From the NCBI RefSeq assembly GCF_009914755.1, contig NC_060936.1: DNA of 64,000 nt, one strand, 5' to 3'. Under the pieces are notes generated by a model. It made no database searches and was not told the origin of the DNA. It was given only the letters and a program-made list of their open reading frames with translations. The DNA comes from the human T2T-CHM13v2.0 reference genome, Homo sapiens. The translations under genes were made by a program, and so were the position numbers. This document shows, piece after piece, positions 1 through 15,824 of the stretch. Every line of letters starts with the position of its first letter. The stretch's first letter is position 1.

Positions 1-242
1 TGTCTCTCCTTTGTGATGTTAGTGGCTGTTGAAAATCAGTACAATCCATTGGGGATTGCAAAATGATTTTGTTCCATCATTCCCTTTTCATTTAGTCTCT
101 CCCATAATGAGAAGCTTTTCTCATCTACTCTGTGGTACCACTCTATGGTATAATTTATCTAGGAAAGCCCAGATAAATTATTTGCCAGTTTTCAAAGTAA
201 TGAGTTGGTTTATTAGTGTTATCCTCCAAATGTGACCAATTA

Positions 243-500
<258 letters not shown>

Positions 501-1391
501 TTACCCTACTGATGCTCAAATTGTCCTATTTTTTGGCAAGAGACCCCTTTAAATTGGCTCCTGAGTCCTTTGGACACAATCCTAGTTGTCTTCGAGTGCT
601 TCCTTACTATCTAACATAATAAGATGTTTTAGACTTACCTTGTACATTTCCTGGCTGGGACCTATGACCAGCCATTTCTCCAGGGAGCTCTGATTCCTTT
701 TATTACAAAATGGTATTTTAAGAGACTATAATGTAGGTACTAATTATACTCATTGCTACTGATTGATCATTTTTTCTAAGCCTTTGAGTGGGCAGAGCTA
801 GAAAATATAAATTTGTAAATTTAAAAACATTAAAAATAAAAACGCATTGTATATTATTGTTGATACTTCCAATTCAATTTAGGACTGCATGGCTCTTATT
901 TACCTTTTGTCTTAAAACTGTATCTCCTTTCTCTCTTGCCGAGAATCCCAGTCCTCAGCCGCACTGGGAGTGACAGAATAAATTCACATAGCTACTCATT
1001 TGTTTTATCTCACAACACACAACAAGCCTCAGAATACCAACACCAACCCTACAACCAACAATAGGATAACCAAAAAACAGTTTCAGATCTTTTAAAATTC
1101 TTCTTTGTCCTTAGAGTATATGCCACTGAGGATGTTCAGTCAGGTTACTATGTTTTAATGTTACTTAGAATAATTTCTCTTGGAATTTATACCATCAATT
1201 TGACCTTTGTTTTCATTTTGTTTTTGATTTTGGGGAATTACTTTAAAATTTTTAATTTTACATTATGTAAATTATTTACAAAATAAGGCATATTCAAAAA
1301 AGTCTAGTTTCTATCTTTGTCTCTTCCATCTTATTCCCTCCCTCCTCTCTAGGTAACTATTTAAAAAAATCTTTTGTGACTTTTTCTTCTT

Positions 1392-1734
<343 letters not shown>

Positions 1735-2106
1735 TAAGCAAACACTTATGTTCCAACACCCTTTGTTAGATAAAAGGTAGCAAATTATACAGTTTTCTCC
1801 ATCTTGCTTTTTAAACTTAATATTATATTTTGGAGATTTTTCCATGGTAGTAATAATATATAATTTTAAATGTCTATAAAGCTAATTTAATACATAAAAA
1901 TCCTAAGTAGATATTAGACTATTTTATTTACTTCCCTAAAAGTTTGTTTATTCCAGTTGGCCTCAAAAACTTTATTTCAATCTTCCCATTGGGAAAATGA
2001 ATTGCCTTATGTTCAGAGTTGTCTTATTTGGGAGCATAGATGATAACTACAAAATAGTAACTTTGGAACAGTAAGCTGGAAACTTGAGCAGGATCTAGAA
2101 GGAAGG

Positions 2107-2516
2107 TGATATCGTTTGGCTATTTGTCCCCACCAAATATGTTGAAATGTAATCCCCAATGTTGGAGATGGGGTCTGGTGGGAGATGTTTGGGTCATGGA
2201 GGCAGATGCCTCATGAATGTCTTGGTGCCATCCTCACAGTAATGAGTGAGTTCTTGCTCTGAGTTCACCCAAGATCTGGTTGTTTAAAAGAGTCTGGGCC
2301 CTCCCCTCTCTCTTGCCCCCATCTTGCCATATTATACACCAGCTTCCCTTTTGCCTTCTGCCATGATTGTGAGCTTCCTGACTCTCTTACCAGAAGCAGA
2401 TGCTAGCACCACACTTCCTGTACAGCCTGCAGAACTGTGAGCCAAGATAAACCTATTTTCTTAATAAATTACCCAGTCTCAGGTATTCCATTATAGCAAT
2501 GCAAATGGACTAATAC
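2107..2516 (+). mobile_element. MaLR LTR (MST-type) solo LTR
   Basis: Starts TGATATCGTTTGG and ends GGACTAATACA; typical MST internal motifs. Confidence 0.85.
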
Positions 2517-2779
2517 AGGAGACGTGGGGATTTAATGTGCTGGAGAGTTTGGGGAAATGGCATGTTAGATGACTAGATGACCTGACAATATGAGCAAAGA
2601 CATAAAGGTGGGAATGTGCACAGTGCTCTCGGGATCAGTCAGCTTGGCTGGAGTTGCAGGTTTGAGAAGGGAAATAGATTGCCAGGGAAATCAGCTAAGA
2701 GTTTTTTTGAAATAATTCAGGGTCTTGTGATTCAGGGTATTGATAGGATAGGTGCCATTATATTCATTCTTTTAAAACG

Positions 2780-3737
2780 TTTAATTTTTATTTTGAAATT
2801 GACAAGTAATATTTAAGTAATATTGTACATATTCATTGGGGTGCATAGTGATGTTTCAATACATGTAATGTATAGTGATCAGATCAGAGTAATTAGCATA
2901 TCTATCATTTAAAACATTTATTATTTCTTTGTGTTGAGATTACTCAATATCTTCCTTCTAGCTGTTTGAAACTCTATATTATAGTCATCCTACTATAGTA
3001 TAGAACACTAGAACTTATTCTTCCTATATAGTTGTAATTTTTTATCCTTTAGCAAATCTCTCCCTACACTTCTCCCCCTTGCCTTCCTAGCCTCTAATAT
3101 TCTCTCTTATACTTCTTACTTCTCTGAGATCAACTTTTTTTAGCTTCCACATATGAGTGAGAACATGCAGTGTTTAACTTTCTGTTCCTGGCTTATTTCA
3201 CTTAACATAATGTCCTTCAGTTCCATCCATATTGCCACAAATGACAAGATTTCATACTTTTTATGGCTGAATAGTATTCTGCTGTGTATATATGCCATAT
3301 TTTCTTTATCCATTCATCTGTTGTTGGACACCTAGGATGATTCCATATCTTGGCTATTATGAATAGTGCTGCGATAAACGTGGGGATGCAGATGTCTCTT
3401 TAATATAGTGATTTCCTTTCCTTTGGATAAATGCCCAGTAGTGAGATTACTGGATTATATGGTGGTTCTGTTTGTAGTTTTTTGAGGAACCTCCACTGTT
3501 CTCCACAGTGGCTGTACTAGTTTATATTCCCACCAACAGTGTATAAGGGTTCTTTCTTCTTCATATCCTTGCCAGCATTTGTTATATTTTGTCTTTTTGA
3601 TAATAGCCATCCTAACTGGAGTGAGATGATACCTCATTTTGGTTTTGATTTGCATTTCCCTGATGATTAGTGATGTTGAGCATTTTTTCATATATTTGTT
3701 GACTATTTGTTTGTCTTTTGAGAATTGTGTATTCATT
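2780..3737 (-). mobile_element. L1 (L1MA-like) 3' fragment
   Basis: The minus-strand ORF at 3455-3736 resembles the ORF2 C-terminus ([22 protein letters not shown]); L1 3'UTR motifs follow. Confidence 0.88.
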
Positions 3738-3744
3738 CTTTTAA

Positions 3745-4148
<404 letters not shown>

Positions 4149-5071
4149 AGACATTTTATTACTAAGAGAATTGCAGTGTGCTATGAGGGTATATAAATGG
4201 TGGACCTAGCTTAGTTTGGAAGTCGGAGTGGGTAATCAGGAAAGGCTTCCAAGTAAGTGTGTTGAGGCTGAGATCAAAGAGATCATCATCTCTTTGATCA
4301 TCATCAAAGGTGGGGGCAGGTGGTGGGAGTGGCAGGGAGAGAATGGTAGTTCCAGGAAGAGACAGCAGCACTAAGTAAAGAAGGTGGGTGTGGTTCCAGA
4401 ACTAAAAAAAAAAAGAAAGAAATGCCTAATATGATTTAAAGGGTTGGAGCATGTAGGGAAGAGTGGATGAGAGATGAAAATTAATTTTTTAGAGAAATTG
4501 CAAAGGAAGAAAGACTTGGTAAGAAAAGGGAACTAGCTACCTGAAGGCATATGGTAGGCACTCATACATGTGGAATGGATGAATAAGTAACTTTGAAATT
4601 TCACCTGTGGGCTAATAAATGATGGTGCCATTGGTAGGAATAAACAAATGAGCACAGGGTGTTAGTTTTGGAAGGAAAGTTAGTTGGGTTTTAGACACAT
4701 GGTTCTTGAGGTGTGGCATCCTAGTGGCTTATCAATTACTGAACCACAGTTTCAGACTGCAGTTGAAATTGTAAGTCTTAAGTGAGGAAAACAAAGAGTA
4801 GAGAGCTCTTTCTTGGAAATTATGGTTAGAGGAAGAAAAAGACTAAGGATGAGACAGAGGAGGCCTGATAAGAGGAGCAGGATGGAAAATTTCAAGGACA
4901 GCGTGTGGTAAACAGGCCCAAATGCTGCAAAGAGGCCAAGGAGACCAATCTACACCAAATGGGACAACTTGCTTCACAGCACTTGCAAAATGCCAAAATG
5001 TTATACAGAGGTATAAATGGAGTGGGGAGGTGGAAAAGGCATGAGATTTACAGCCACAAGACCTGGGCTCA

Positions 5072-5218
5072 TGACACGTCCTAGTAATCCCAGCTGCTCT
5101 GGAGGCTGAGGTAGGAGAATTGTTTGAGCCCAGGAGTTCAAGGCTGCAGTGAGCTATGATTGTATCACTGCAATATAGCCTGGGTGACCCATTCTCTCTC
5201 TGTTTTTTTTTTTTTTAA
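5072..5218 (+). mobile_element. Alu monomer fragment
   Basis: Right-arm-like sequence; TSD aagacct(g/a)ggctca at 5058-5071 and 5219-5232. Confidence 0.8.
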
Positions 5219-5498
5219 AAGACCTAGGCTCAGTCCTAGCTCCGCCTTTTATGACATTTGTGACCCTGGGCCATCATTACTTAATGTTCTCTGAGTGTCA
5301 GTCTGCTCATTTATAAAATGAGAAAGATAATGGCTACCATATTTGCATCTAAAAGGTATTGTGAAGTTCACATGTAAAAATACAGGTAAACAATTGTGTT
5401 TCCCCCGTAAGTATCTCAAAAGGATCTGGCATACACAAGGTTTGTATATTTGAACGAGGTATGTGTATTACTGTGACTACTTATTTGTGTTTAAACAG

Positions 5499-5580
5499 AG
5501 ACCAGATGAAGAAGCTGTGGTGGATCAGGGTGGGACCAGTACAATTCTCAACATTCACTATGAAAAAGAAGAGCTGGAAG
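5499..5580 (+). CDS. SLC4A8: SLC4A8 exon 2 (RPDEEAVVDQGGTSTILNIHYEKEELE)
   Basis: aaacag|AGACCA ... GAAG|gtaaga; 82 nt; phase 0 to 1. Confidence 0.95.
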
Positions 5581-7905
5581 GTAAGAACTGCCATGCTGTG
5601 TGATCAGGGAAATTGGTGAGGGGCAGCCTGGTGTGGGAAGACCTGGCTCTGTGTCCTAACTCTCTCACTAGCTGTCAGACCTTGGGGAAAATCACTTGAT
5701 TTCCTTTAGCCTCACTTTCCTCATCTGGTAAATAAAAGTGGGGATACTAATACTTGTCCTACCTTACAGGGATATCATTAGGATCTAATTGCCTACATGG
5801 GAGATAGTGCTTTGAACACGGTGAAGTCCAATATAAATATTAACAAGTAACCTGTTCTTTGAGAATGTGATGTACTCAGTTCAGTGCGTTAATTCTTGAC
5901 AACTGCCTGGAAATACAAATAAATACAAAACTTAAAGAGAAAATAAAATACAAATAGTTTTAAAAACTCATTTTGGCTACAAAACCCTATTTTTACCCCA
6001 TTTCCAATATTTACTGTTTCTATTCTATTTATACCCATTTCTGCCTGGTGGTTTCATCTAAACAAGAGGGAAAACAGGAACACACCTGTGACATACTCTT
6101 GAGTTCATAACATCAAAGTTATATAAAAGCCCAGCTGAAGGGGAAAGGAAAGAAGAGGCATTTTGGATGACCCACTCTGTCCAGTTTACCTTATTTCAGC
6201 TCTTCCTTTCTCTGCACCTCACCCCCAGCTCCCCACATAACCGTTATGTGGTGTCCTGCTTTCCTTCTTCCCCTGGGGACTAGTTGGTGTGTTAGGAGTT
6301 GGACCCACACCTGGCCATGGTTTTCTAATTAGTGTTGATGCTCAGTTTCATTAGAGGAAGGCTCATGTCCAGTATCCAATATAGCTTTAATGAGAAGCCA
6401 CATTTGGCTCAAAAGCCTTTGTGAAATCTCTGCAGCATCCCCTGCAATGTTGAAGGCTATGATACAGCAACTTTCTGATGCCTGAGACAGCATGTGAAAT
6501 GTTCTCTCTGTACTGCCTGTTCCCGTGACAGTTTTTTCATCAAAGTTGTACAACCTCCAGAGAAAACTTGTCCTTTTGATGGGGAGAACGGAAGCTGTAG
6601 AGGCTGACTCAGCCTCTGGGTCTGTTACCATGAGAACTGACGTGGGTGGCTCTGTGGAGGTCAGTGGTGTTTGGGTATACCAAGGTGAAGTTTTCCAAGT
6701 TATTTTGACCAGATGGAAGAAGAGAACATGTGAGTTGCAGCAGTTGGGAGGGAGTGGGAGAAGGAAAGGGTGTGGAATGGAAGGCTAACATTTGTTGAAT
6801 GCCCCTTGTGTGTTAGGCATTAGATTAGGCACCTTATACAAGTTGTCCTTTTCATCTTCATAGCACCCCAGGCAGGTAGGTATCATTATCCCTATTTTAC
6901 ACATGAGGAAACTGCTCAAGGTCATCGAGCCTAATTGCAGGTGAGGCTGGGGAGAGAATCCTGCTCTTTTCATTCTGCCACACAGCCTGCAAGAGAGGAC
7001 AGTAACTGTCATTAACCACCCAACCTCAATATCTTGCTCCATCAAATAAAATTTTTGTATGTTGCTCTTGCCTCTTCTTCTGTTCTGATAATCATGTGGT
7101 CTCTCTACCCTCTCATTGCATCCTGGGGGCATGTTGCTGTCAGTTTAGTTGTTCTATAGCAAGCACCACTGGACCTTTGCCCTCAGCAAGGAGGTAACCA
7201 TTTATGAACACTCTTGTCTACTTGGGAGTAGAATAAGAAACCTGAGCAAGCTCTCTTGAATCTTAATAACTGGTTCCGTCCACGGAGATCAGCTGAGTAA
7301 CTGGCGGTGGGAGCAGCTTCTCCAGATGACATCATCTGTTCTTTATGCATGTTCTACTTTGCTAAAAAAGAATGCTGTCTGTGATGACAGCCTTACTAGT
7401 GCATAGTGTGTTGGGAGATGGTCCTTTGTACATAGACTTTTTTGAAAACTAGAATCTTATTTATGTTAACACTTAAAAAAAAAGCATTACACGCAAATGG
7501 TGGACAAACTAGAACCAGATCTCAGGCCTGATGTGGTTTCTAGACCAGCTCTGGAGAAGAGAAGAGAGAGTTGGGATTTGCTATAGGGTTGGCTGTGCTG
7601 TGGGTTCCACTCAGACTCACTCTGAAGGGTAGCCCTAGGACTCAATGAGGCTGTACTCAGGGTAGTGTTATCTCTTGAAGGCATAGAATAAAACGAGTAC
7701 CATTTTGATGGAACACAGAAGCAAATTGTGTTCAGATTCAATATGCATGCCATGATATCAGGTTCTGTGGCTGCAAAAAAAATCTCCAGGTCTTTTTTCC
7801 CCTTTATGTCATAACTTCTGCCCACATGACATAAACTATAAATCATTGCCTTACCACATTTTATTTATTTATATTAAACAACAACCTCTAGTCCAAGAAT
7901 ATGAG

Positions 7906-8105
<200 letters not shown>

Positions 8106-9961
8106 TGAGATTTAGTCTGTGTACATTGTTAGAAACTTTGTAAGTGTGGGTCTTTTGCATAAATTAATTCTATCAGTAAGAGAAGTTGCATTAAGCCATT
8201 ATGTTGCTTTTTTTTTAATATGTGAGAAGAGTCAAAAGCCAACATCAGAACACGTTCCAAAGATGAACTCAAGAAGAGCAATAGTCCATGATGTGCTTCA
8301 GTGGACTTTCCCAGTCCCAGAGGAACAAGAGGCAGTTGCTTTAGTTAGAGGGATGGCTTTTTCCATTTTTTCCTGGCAGATCATTATTCCTGATTAACTA
8401 CTAGATTAATGAACTCTGGAGTGAGTTTAAGGCCTTCTAATACGTTTTTAACAGAGGTAAGAGCCATTTGGTCATATTTATAACTTCTAAAAAGGCTTAC
8501 ATCTGCTCGACATGTGAGATTCACCTCTGCAGTTATTGACTTTGAGTTAACCTGTAAGCCCAGAGGAGCCGAGCACCCTGTTGTATGTGCTAATGAGCTC
8601 TGTGTGAGTGCTGGGTAAGCAGTGTGCGTGTACTGCATTGTACCTTAGTAGGCCCAATCTCCATCTGCAGGGTACGTCAAACCTATGGTTCCTGTCCTGC
8701 TTCACATGATTCATTGCCAGTTCACTAAAGATTGCTCTCTGCATGTGTATATGTACTTATTTTTTAAACTATAGACTAAAATTACATCTTTCCCACAATT
8801 TTTACTAAATTAGAATACTTTATTTGCACACAGATAGTTCCAAAAGACTAGGTTTGACCTTTTTTGGAAAAAAGAATGACGAGTTAGATGGGAAAAAAAT
8901 GGGATTTGTGCGAGTTGGTAGGTAGAAGACGGGGGCAAAGAGCGGTTGAATGGCCAACAAAGTGACCACAGAATTAGTTTAATGAAGTCACTGGGTGGCC
9001 AGAATCCAGTTAGATGGACTGGATTTTATTGGTGCTATATTCATTTCCTAGTGTCTGTTTGTCATCTTTTCTGCCAATTTTTCTCAGAAAATCCAAATCC
9101 TTGCTTTAGAACTCCCAGACTAGAAACTGATGCCTGATTTTCTGACAGCTGCTTGGTCCTTCTTAGCTCTGACCCCCTGCCGAACTTGATTTCATTTCTG
9201 CCTGTCTCTCTGATATTTTCAAAAGACAGGCATTGCGATTGGCTAATGTTCGTGATAATTGATTGTACTAAAGTAAGATTTACCTTACTTCCTACAGAAC
9301 CATTCAAGGCATCTATAGGATGTCTTCACCATTATGCCTCAAACCTACATAGTGGGAATTTAGATACCAAGCAAAACCATATATTATTCACTCAGCAAAC
9401 ATTTACTAAGCCCCTTCTGTAGTCCCTTTCTGCAGTAATAAGTCAGGACAGTGAGAACAATTGAACCATCGTGTCTTTTCTGAAGAATAACCTAGCCTGA
9501 AACTTTCATAGGACTCGAACATTAGAACCTGGACTAGCCATCATCTGGACAAGCCTGGGAAGTCATTTGGTCTGGCCTCCTTGTTTTACTTTAATAGTGA
9601 CAGTGAGTAATTTAAACCAATAACATGAAATCTAATAATGCAGTTTCTAATATCCAATCACTGCCTCCTCAATTTCTCCTTTAAAATTAAATAATACTAG
9701 CAGTATACCAGCATGAGCCCAGTGGAAGTATTTGGAATGGGCTCAAGGAGCAAGGAGAAGTAGAGGTTCTAGCCTGGCTAGTAATCCTTTGCGGGGTTTG
9801 TAGGGAAGAGGAAACCCATGGTTGGGATGGCTGTATTGAAGAACTGAAAGTCACCTCTCACTGAGGCTGTTCTTAACCTAAGTCCAGCTCTATCTAGCTG
9901 TACTAGATTTTACAACACCAGGTCATCATTTTAGAGGCCAAAGTGGTTGTTTAGTTTTAAA

Positions 9962-10258
9962 TTTTGTTTTGTTTTGTTTTGAGGCAGGGTCTCACTCTGT
10001 CGCCCAGACTGAGTGCAGTAGTGCGATCATGGCTCACCACAGCCTCCACCTCCTGGGCTCAAGTGACCTCCCACCTCAGCCTCCCAATAGCTGGGACTAC
10101 AGGCATGCACCACCATGCCTGGCTAATTTTTTATTTTTTATAGAGGTGGAATCTTGCTGTGTTGCTCAGGCTGGTTTCAAACTACTGAATGCAAGTGATC
10201 CTCCTTCCTTAGCCTCCCAGAGTGTTGAGATAACAGGTGTGGGCCGCTGTGCCTGGCC
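9962..10258 (-). mobile_element. Alu (J-type)
   Basis: Diverged dimer. Confidence 0.9.
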
Positions 10259-11814
10259 AGAAGTGGTTGTTCAGGATCGAATTATGCTTTTTACAGCACA
10301 TAGATTCTTCATGACCTGCCCCTGCCTGTTTTTCTGTCCTTGTACATCTCCTTTCCTTCCCTTTTCTACCCTGCCCTGGCCCTACTGGCCATCCTTTTGC
10401 CCCAGAACCAGCTCTGCACATTCCCACCTTAGGACCTGTGCACTTGATCTTCCCCCTTCTTGGAATACTCTTCTCCCAGGTCTTCTCATGGCCTCTCCTT
10501 CTTATCACTTAGATGTCCCCTCTAATCATCTTAAAGTCTCCCTTCTCCATCCTACCCCTTACCCTAGACACGCTAGCATTTTACCTTATTTGGTTCATAG
10601 TAATAATCAATATTTAAATGATATATTTTTGTTTTCATTTCTGACCCCCCCAAGCAGAATATGTGTCCTGAAGACTTTGTTCTGTTCACTATTGTATCCC
10701 CAGCCCTTGGGACAGGATCTGGCACAATTACTTGACTCTAGTCTGCTGCTAATGCCACCTGGGTTGGTCTCAGTAGTGTGCTACAGGGATTTCATTAACA
10801 TACTATAATGGAACATAATGAGTTAGCAAATTGTATTTTATTAAGATGGTATTCAATTTAGTATTTTCACGCTATATGCTTTTTATAGTTTATACTGATA
10901 ATGTCAGGGTCTGGAATCCCACATCTTAGCAGATGACCTCCTCTGGCTCTATATTTCTGTTTCTATGAAGTTGCAAGATGACTACATTATGTTCAGAGAT
11001 CTGCCTGTTAAAAATGACCTGAGATATACACGAGGCAACAGAGAACTCTCCTGAGACAGGAGGGTAAGAAGTGCGATTCCACCAGATACTAAACATTTTA
11101 TCCTCCTGCCTCTTAACATTCTAGCAGATCTCTGATCATCTTATCCTCTAATCCTTACTGTTTGTTTTTTATTTTGCTTTATCACTTTGGAATTTGGAAA
11201 ACAGAGAGGGCAAATAAAAGGAGAGACAAATAGAGAAAGGTGTTAGAATGGCATCCAAGGCACTTTAACCTGACTTGGAAGTGGAGGGCACTATCAAGGA
11301 AGTTGAGTGCAGCCTTAGGAAACCCCATTGCTGGGAAAAGAAGAAGATAAAGAGTTGGCAACTCTTCCCACCAAGTCTCCTTCTCGGGGAAGTCTTCCTG
11401 ATGAAGCTCTCCATTCTCAGGTCAGTTAGGACTTTATCAACCTCCCCATGCCCTGGTGAGTACTTTATTTGTCCTAAACACATTCACTTTGGTTACATGT
11501 TCTTTTTGTGGCCCCTTTCAGGTCAGAGTCAGAGGCCCTCTTAGGTGAGATTATGTACTCCTGAGGAGGTCCTAAGGGCTTATGCTCTTCAGGGAGGTAC
11601 TTAGGAGGTATTTTATTTGCTGAACATTTATGGAACAATGACCATGTGTGAAACACTGTGCTTGATTATGTAGGCATTCTGAGAGAAACGTCTAACTTGG
11701 GACACCAAGGAGATTGCAAGAGAAGAGTGCAGAATAAGAGAGATAGCTGCTTAACTTTAACGCAAAATAGAAAAATAAGTACATGAGAACAGCACTAACC
11801 AAGGGTGCTGGGAA

Positions 11815-11854
11815 TCTGCCTGCCTGCCTGTCTGTCTGTCTGTCTATCTATCTG

Positions 11855-11893
<39 letters not shown>
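11815..11893. repeat. Compound tetranucleotide STR (CCTG)(TCTG)(TCTA)n
   Basis: Directly visible. Confidence 0.95.
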
Positions 11894-11894
<1 letters not shown>

Positions 11895-12193
11895 GAGATA
11901 GGGTCTCATTCTGTCACCCAGGCTGGAGTGCAGTGGTAATGATCATAGCTCATAAGCTCATGCAGCTTTGAACTCCTGGGCTCAGGCAATCCTACCACTT
12001 CAGCCTTCCAAATAGCTAGGACTATAGGTGCACACCACCACACCTGTCTAATTTTTTTTTTTTTTACACCTTTTGTGGAGATGAGGTCTCACTAAGTTGC
12101 CCAAGCTGGTCTCAAACTCCTGGCCTTAAACAGTCTTCCTGCCTTGGCCTCCCAAAGTGTTGGGATTACAGGTTTGAGCCACTGTGCCTGGCC
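11894..12193 (-). mobile_element. Alu (J-type)
   Basis: Diverged dimer whose tail is the adjacent (TCTA)n STR. Confidence 0.9.
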
Positions 12194-12440
12194 TGGCACT
12201 GGGAATTTAAAGGAATGAGGCAGCACATCTGATGGGGGAAATCAGAAAAAATACCAAGAAGGAAGATGCATCTGCAGTGCATCTTGAATAAGTGAGCCAA
12301 GCCAGTGTCCAGAAAGCACTGGCACATTTGTGGAATGGCAGTTTGATTCTGGTAGAGAAAAGAGTATGAGGTGATGGTGGGTACAGCAGTCAAGGCCATG
12401 AAGAGGAGATGGAGTCAAAACCAGGCCATTTGGTTGCTGA

Positions 12441-12820
<380 letters not shown>

Positions 12821-13956
12821 GGGATTTCCACTTTTTATTTCTCTTGAACTTGTTATTCAGTTCTTGAGAGGTCTTTCATTTTATTTTCCCACTGAATGTA
12901 TAATTGGTATTAAAAGAAGAAAAGATTAAAAAGGAGATTGAGTACTGAGCATGAAGGTCCTGAATTCATATGGGTGAGCCATGATCAGAGCTGTAACTAG
13001 GAGGATTTGTTTGCAGGGTTAATTTAATGTGAGAGGCAGGAAGGGGCCCCTGCTTTGTTAAAGTGGGAGTTTTGATGGCCCTAATCTATAGAAAGTACGG
13101 TGAGGGAGAAAGGGAATGGAGTTGAAAATCTAAGGTAACGCTCGGTTTCAAGCCTAGGAAATTGAGAGAATGACAAGGCCATGAACAGAAACATGGAATG
13201 AGTATAAGACCGATTTGAGATGGAGGATGGTGAGTTTGCTTTGTGACATGTTCAATCATTGTAGATAGAGATTTGAAGGTCATTTGTAGAAGTGAATTTT
13301 GAAAACAGAAGAGTGTTTAGCACTAAAAAGGAAGAAAAGGGCCAAGGACAGAAACTTGAGGAGCTTTCCTTTGGTGGCTTGTTGGGGGATGGAGCAGCAC
13401 AGTCAGAGTAGTGCAAGTGAACCAGGGGAGGGCAGTGGCACCGGAGCTCAGGGAGCCCAGAGCACCCAAGTGGTTTGGATACTGCCTGCAACGTGGTGGG
13501 CTCTCAAGAAAGTCTTTTGAACTAAGCTGAGAGAGATGTAAGATGATAGAGATTTGGTGAATGAGTGGTGTGGTGTCCCTAATGAGGGAAGCTTCAGCAG
13601 AGACTGGGGTCAGAAGCCATATGCAGAGGCTGTGGAACAAGGAAGTGGTGAGGAAAGGGAGTTAGGTTGTGACTGTTTTTGGAAGTGGTTTGATAAAGAA
13701 GGAAAGAGGAAACAGCAGAAGCTTGGGTGGGTAGCACTGCTTGGGAAGGTTTCTTTTTAAGAAGTCAGGAGAAACCTATGGCAGGGATGGATGGAAAGGA
13801 GAGACTGAGGATAACAGAAGCAACAGGATACCAGAGGGGTGGGAGACAATGGGATAGAGTCATACTCATTAACATACCCAGCTTGGCAGAGGAGAGCAAG
13901 CCAGACTGAGGAAGAGAAGAACTTCTTCCATCTCTTCTCAGGAAAAACTGAAGTGA

Positions 13957-14250
13957 GGGCTGGGTGCAGTGATTCACACCTGTAATCCCAGTACTTTGGG
14001 AGGCCAAGGCAGGAGAATCGCTTGAGCTCAGGAGTTTGAAACAAGCCTGGGCAACATGGCAGGACTTGTCTCTACTAAAAATCAAAAAAATTAGCTGGGC
14101 GTGGTGGTACACGCCTGTGGTCCCAGCTACATGGGAGGATCACTTGAACTTGGGAATTCAAGGCTACCATGAGTGGTGATCATAACACCACACTCCAGCC
14201 TGGGCAACAGAGTGAGACCCTATCTAAAAAAGAAAGGAAAAAAAAAAAAA
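13957..14250 (+). mobile_element. Alu (J-type)
   Basis: Dimer with A-tail. Confidence 0.9.
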
Positions 14251-14560
14251 CTGATGCAAAGTCACCTGCTCTCAGCAGGAAGGAATGTGGATAAGGTTGT
14301 GGATTTGAAGACAGTGGCTAAGGATTAGAACAGCTCCTTTGGTGGAAGATGTGGGGAATGGGTCTGAGATCTAGAGTGCTGAGCAGCAGTAACCAGGCAG
14401 AAATGGGAGAAGACCAAGGCATGGTGCATTGGGCATGGGAGCATCAGCAGCCCCAAATTCTGGGCTCCAGGTTTGGCAGGAAGGCAAGGGAAAGCCAGGT
14501 AGAGGTGACAGAGATCTGGAAATCTGGATCAAAACAAAAGCAGGCTTATAGAAGGAATGA

Positions 14561-14850
14561 GGCCAGATGTGGTGACTCATGCCTGTAAACCCAGTGCTTT
14601 CGAGGTGGAGACAGTAGGATTGCTTGGGGCAATCAGCTTGGGCAACGTGGCGAGACCCCATCTCTACAAAAAATTGAAAAATTAGCTGGGTGTGGTGGTG
14701 CACACATGTATTCCTAGCTACTTGGGAGACTGAGGTGGGAGGATTGCTTGAGCCCAGGAGTTCAAGGCTACAGTAAGATATGACCAGGCTACTGCCCTCT
14801 AGCCTGGGTGACAGAGTGAGATACTGTCTCAAGAAGAAAAAGAAGAAATA
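14561..14850 (+). mobile_element. Alu (J-type)
   Basis: Dimer with a small internal deletion. Confidence 0.88.
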
Positions 14851-15677
14851 GGAGCAGAGGAACTAGGGAGGGAACACTATTGGGTCACTTATTTTCTCAT
14901 GTTCCCCTCTCTTTGTACAGTATTTAATGTCTTTTTTTAACCTTAGCCTCACCCTCCTCATGACTTACAACTAGTCTCTTTTAGTACTGTTCTAGATTGT
15001 GTATGCTACAATGTAGAAAATAAAATAATGGAAGCTGATCCTAGGATGAATACATCCTAGGCTGCTACAATTTATTCCAGGCATGTGTTAAGCATTTTGC
15101 ATGCATAACCTTATTTACTGCTTATGAAAACTCTGAGTTTAAATACTAAGCTTTTAATATTTCTTCTTAAAGATGAGTCACAGAGAGATTAGATAAATTG
15201 TTCAAGGTCACATGGCAAGTGAATGATGGAATTGAGTTTTGGACCCAGGTGGGCTGATTTGAGCCTTACCTGTGCTCTTAACGACTTTTCTAAACTGCCT
15301 CCCTGCCAAGACCTGCCACACTTGTCATAGAGCAACTGTATTGCCTTTTAAAAAAATCACTCAGTCAAATTGTCATTGTCATTGTCATAACAATAACATC
15401 TGAATCAGCCTTTACAGTTTGGAAATCACATTATTTCTTTCAGTCTTCACAAGATCCCTGTGAAGTTTGCAGGCATGTGCAGGACAAAGGAAGAGACCTT
15501 CAACTCCAAAATCTCTATATCTTTACTCCTGGAAGTCTTTGAAGTTTTGTTGTTCCAGAGCTGTGACCAGACCAAAGAACTGTGATATTTTTTTCTCTTA
15601 ACTATGCTAGGCTTTTTGTTGTTGTTGTTTTTTAAAACTAAAGGAGTTCTCTCCACAGACCTTCTGCTTCTTTCCAG

Positions 15678-15824
15678 GTCACAGAACTCTGTATGTGGGA
15701 GTTCGGATGCCGCTTGGCCGGCAGAGCCATCGGCATCACCGCACTCATGGCCAGAAGCACCGGAGACGAGGGCGGGGCAAAGGAGCCAGCCAGGGGGAGG
15801 AAGGCCTGGAAGCCCTGGCCCACG
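15678..15824 (+). CDS. SLC4A8: SLC4A8 exon 3 (GHRTLYVGVRMPLGRQ...EALAH)
   Basis: ttccag|GTCACA ... CACG|gtaagg; 147 nt; contains Met54 ATG at 15707. Confidence 0.96.

Noticed and set aside
7161-7182. REST/RE1-like AGCACCACTGGAC overlapping a DR1/HNF4-like TGGACCTTTGCCC
   Set aside because: The RE1 spacing and flanks are wrong, and a single imperfect short motif cannot be supported without ChIP data.
9969-10808. 279-aa ORF, the longest in the window
   Set aside because: It runs through an antisense Alu and an L2-like remnant, starts at TTG and has no recognisable protein motif.
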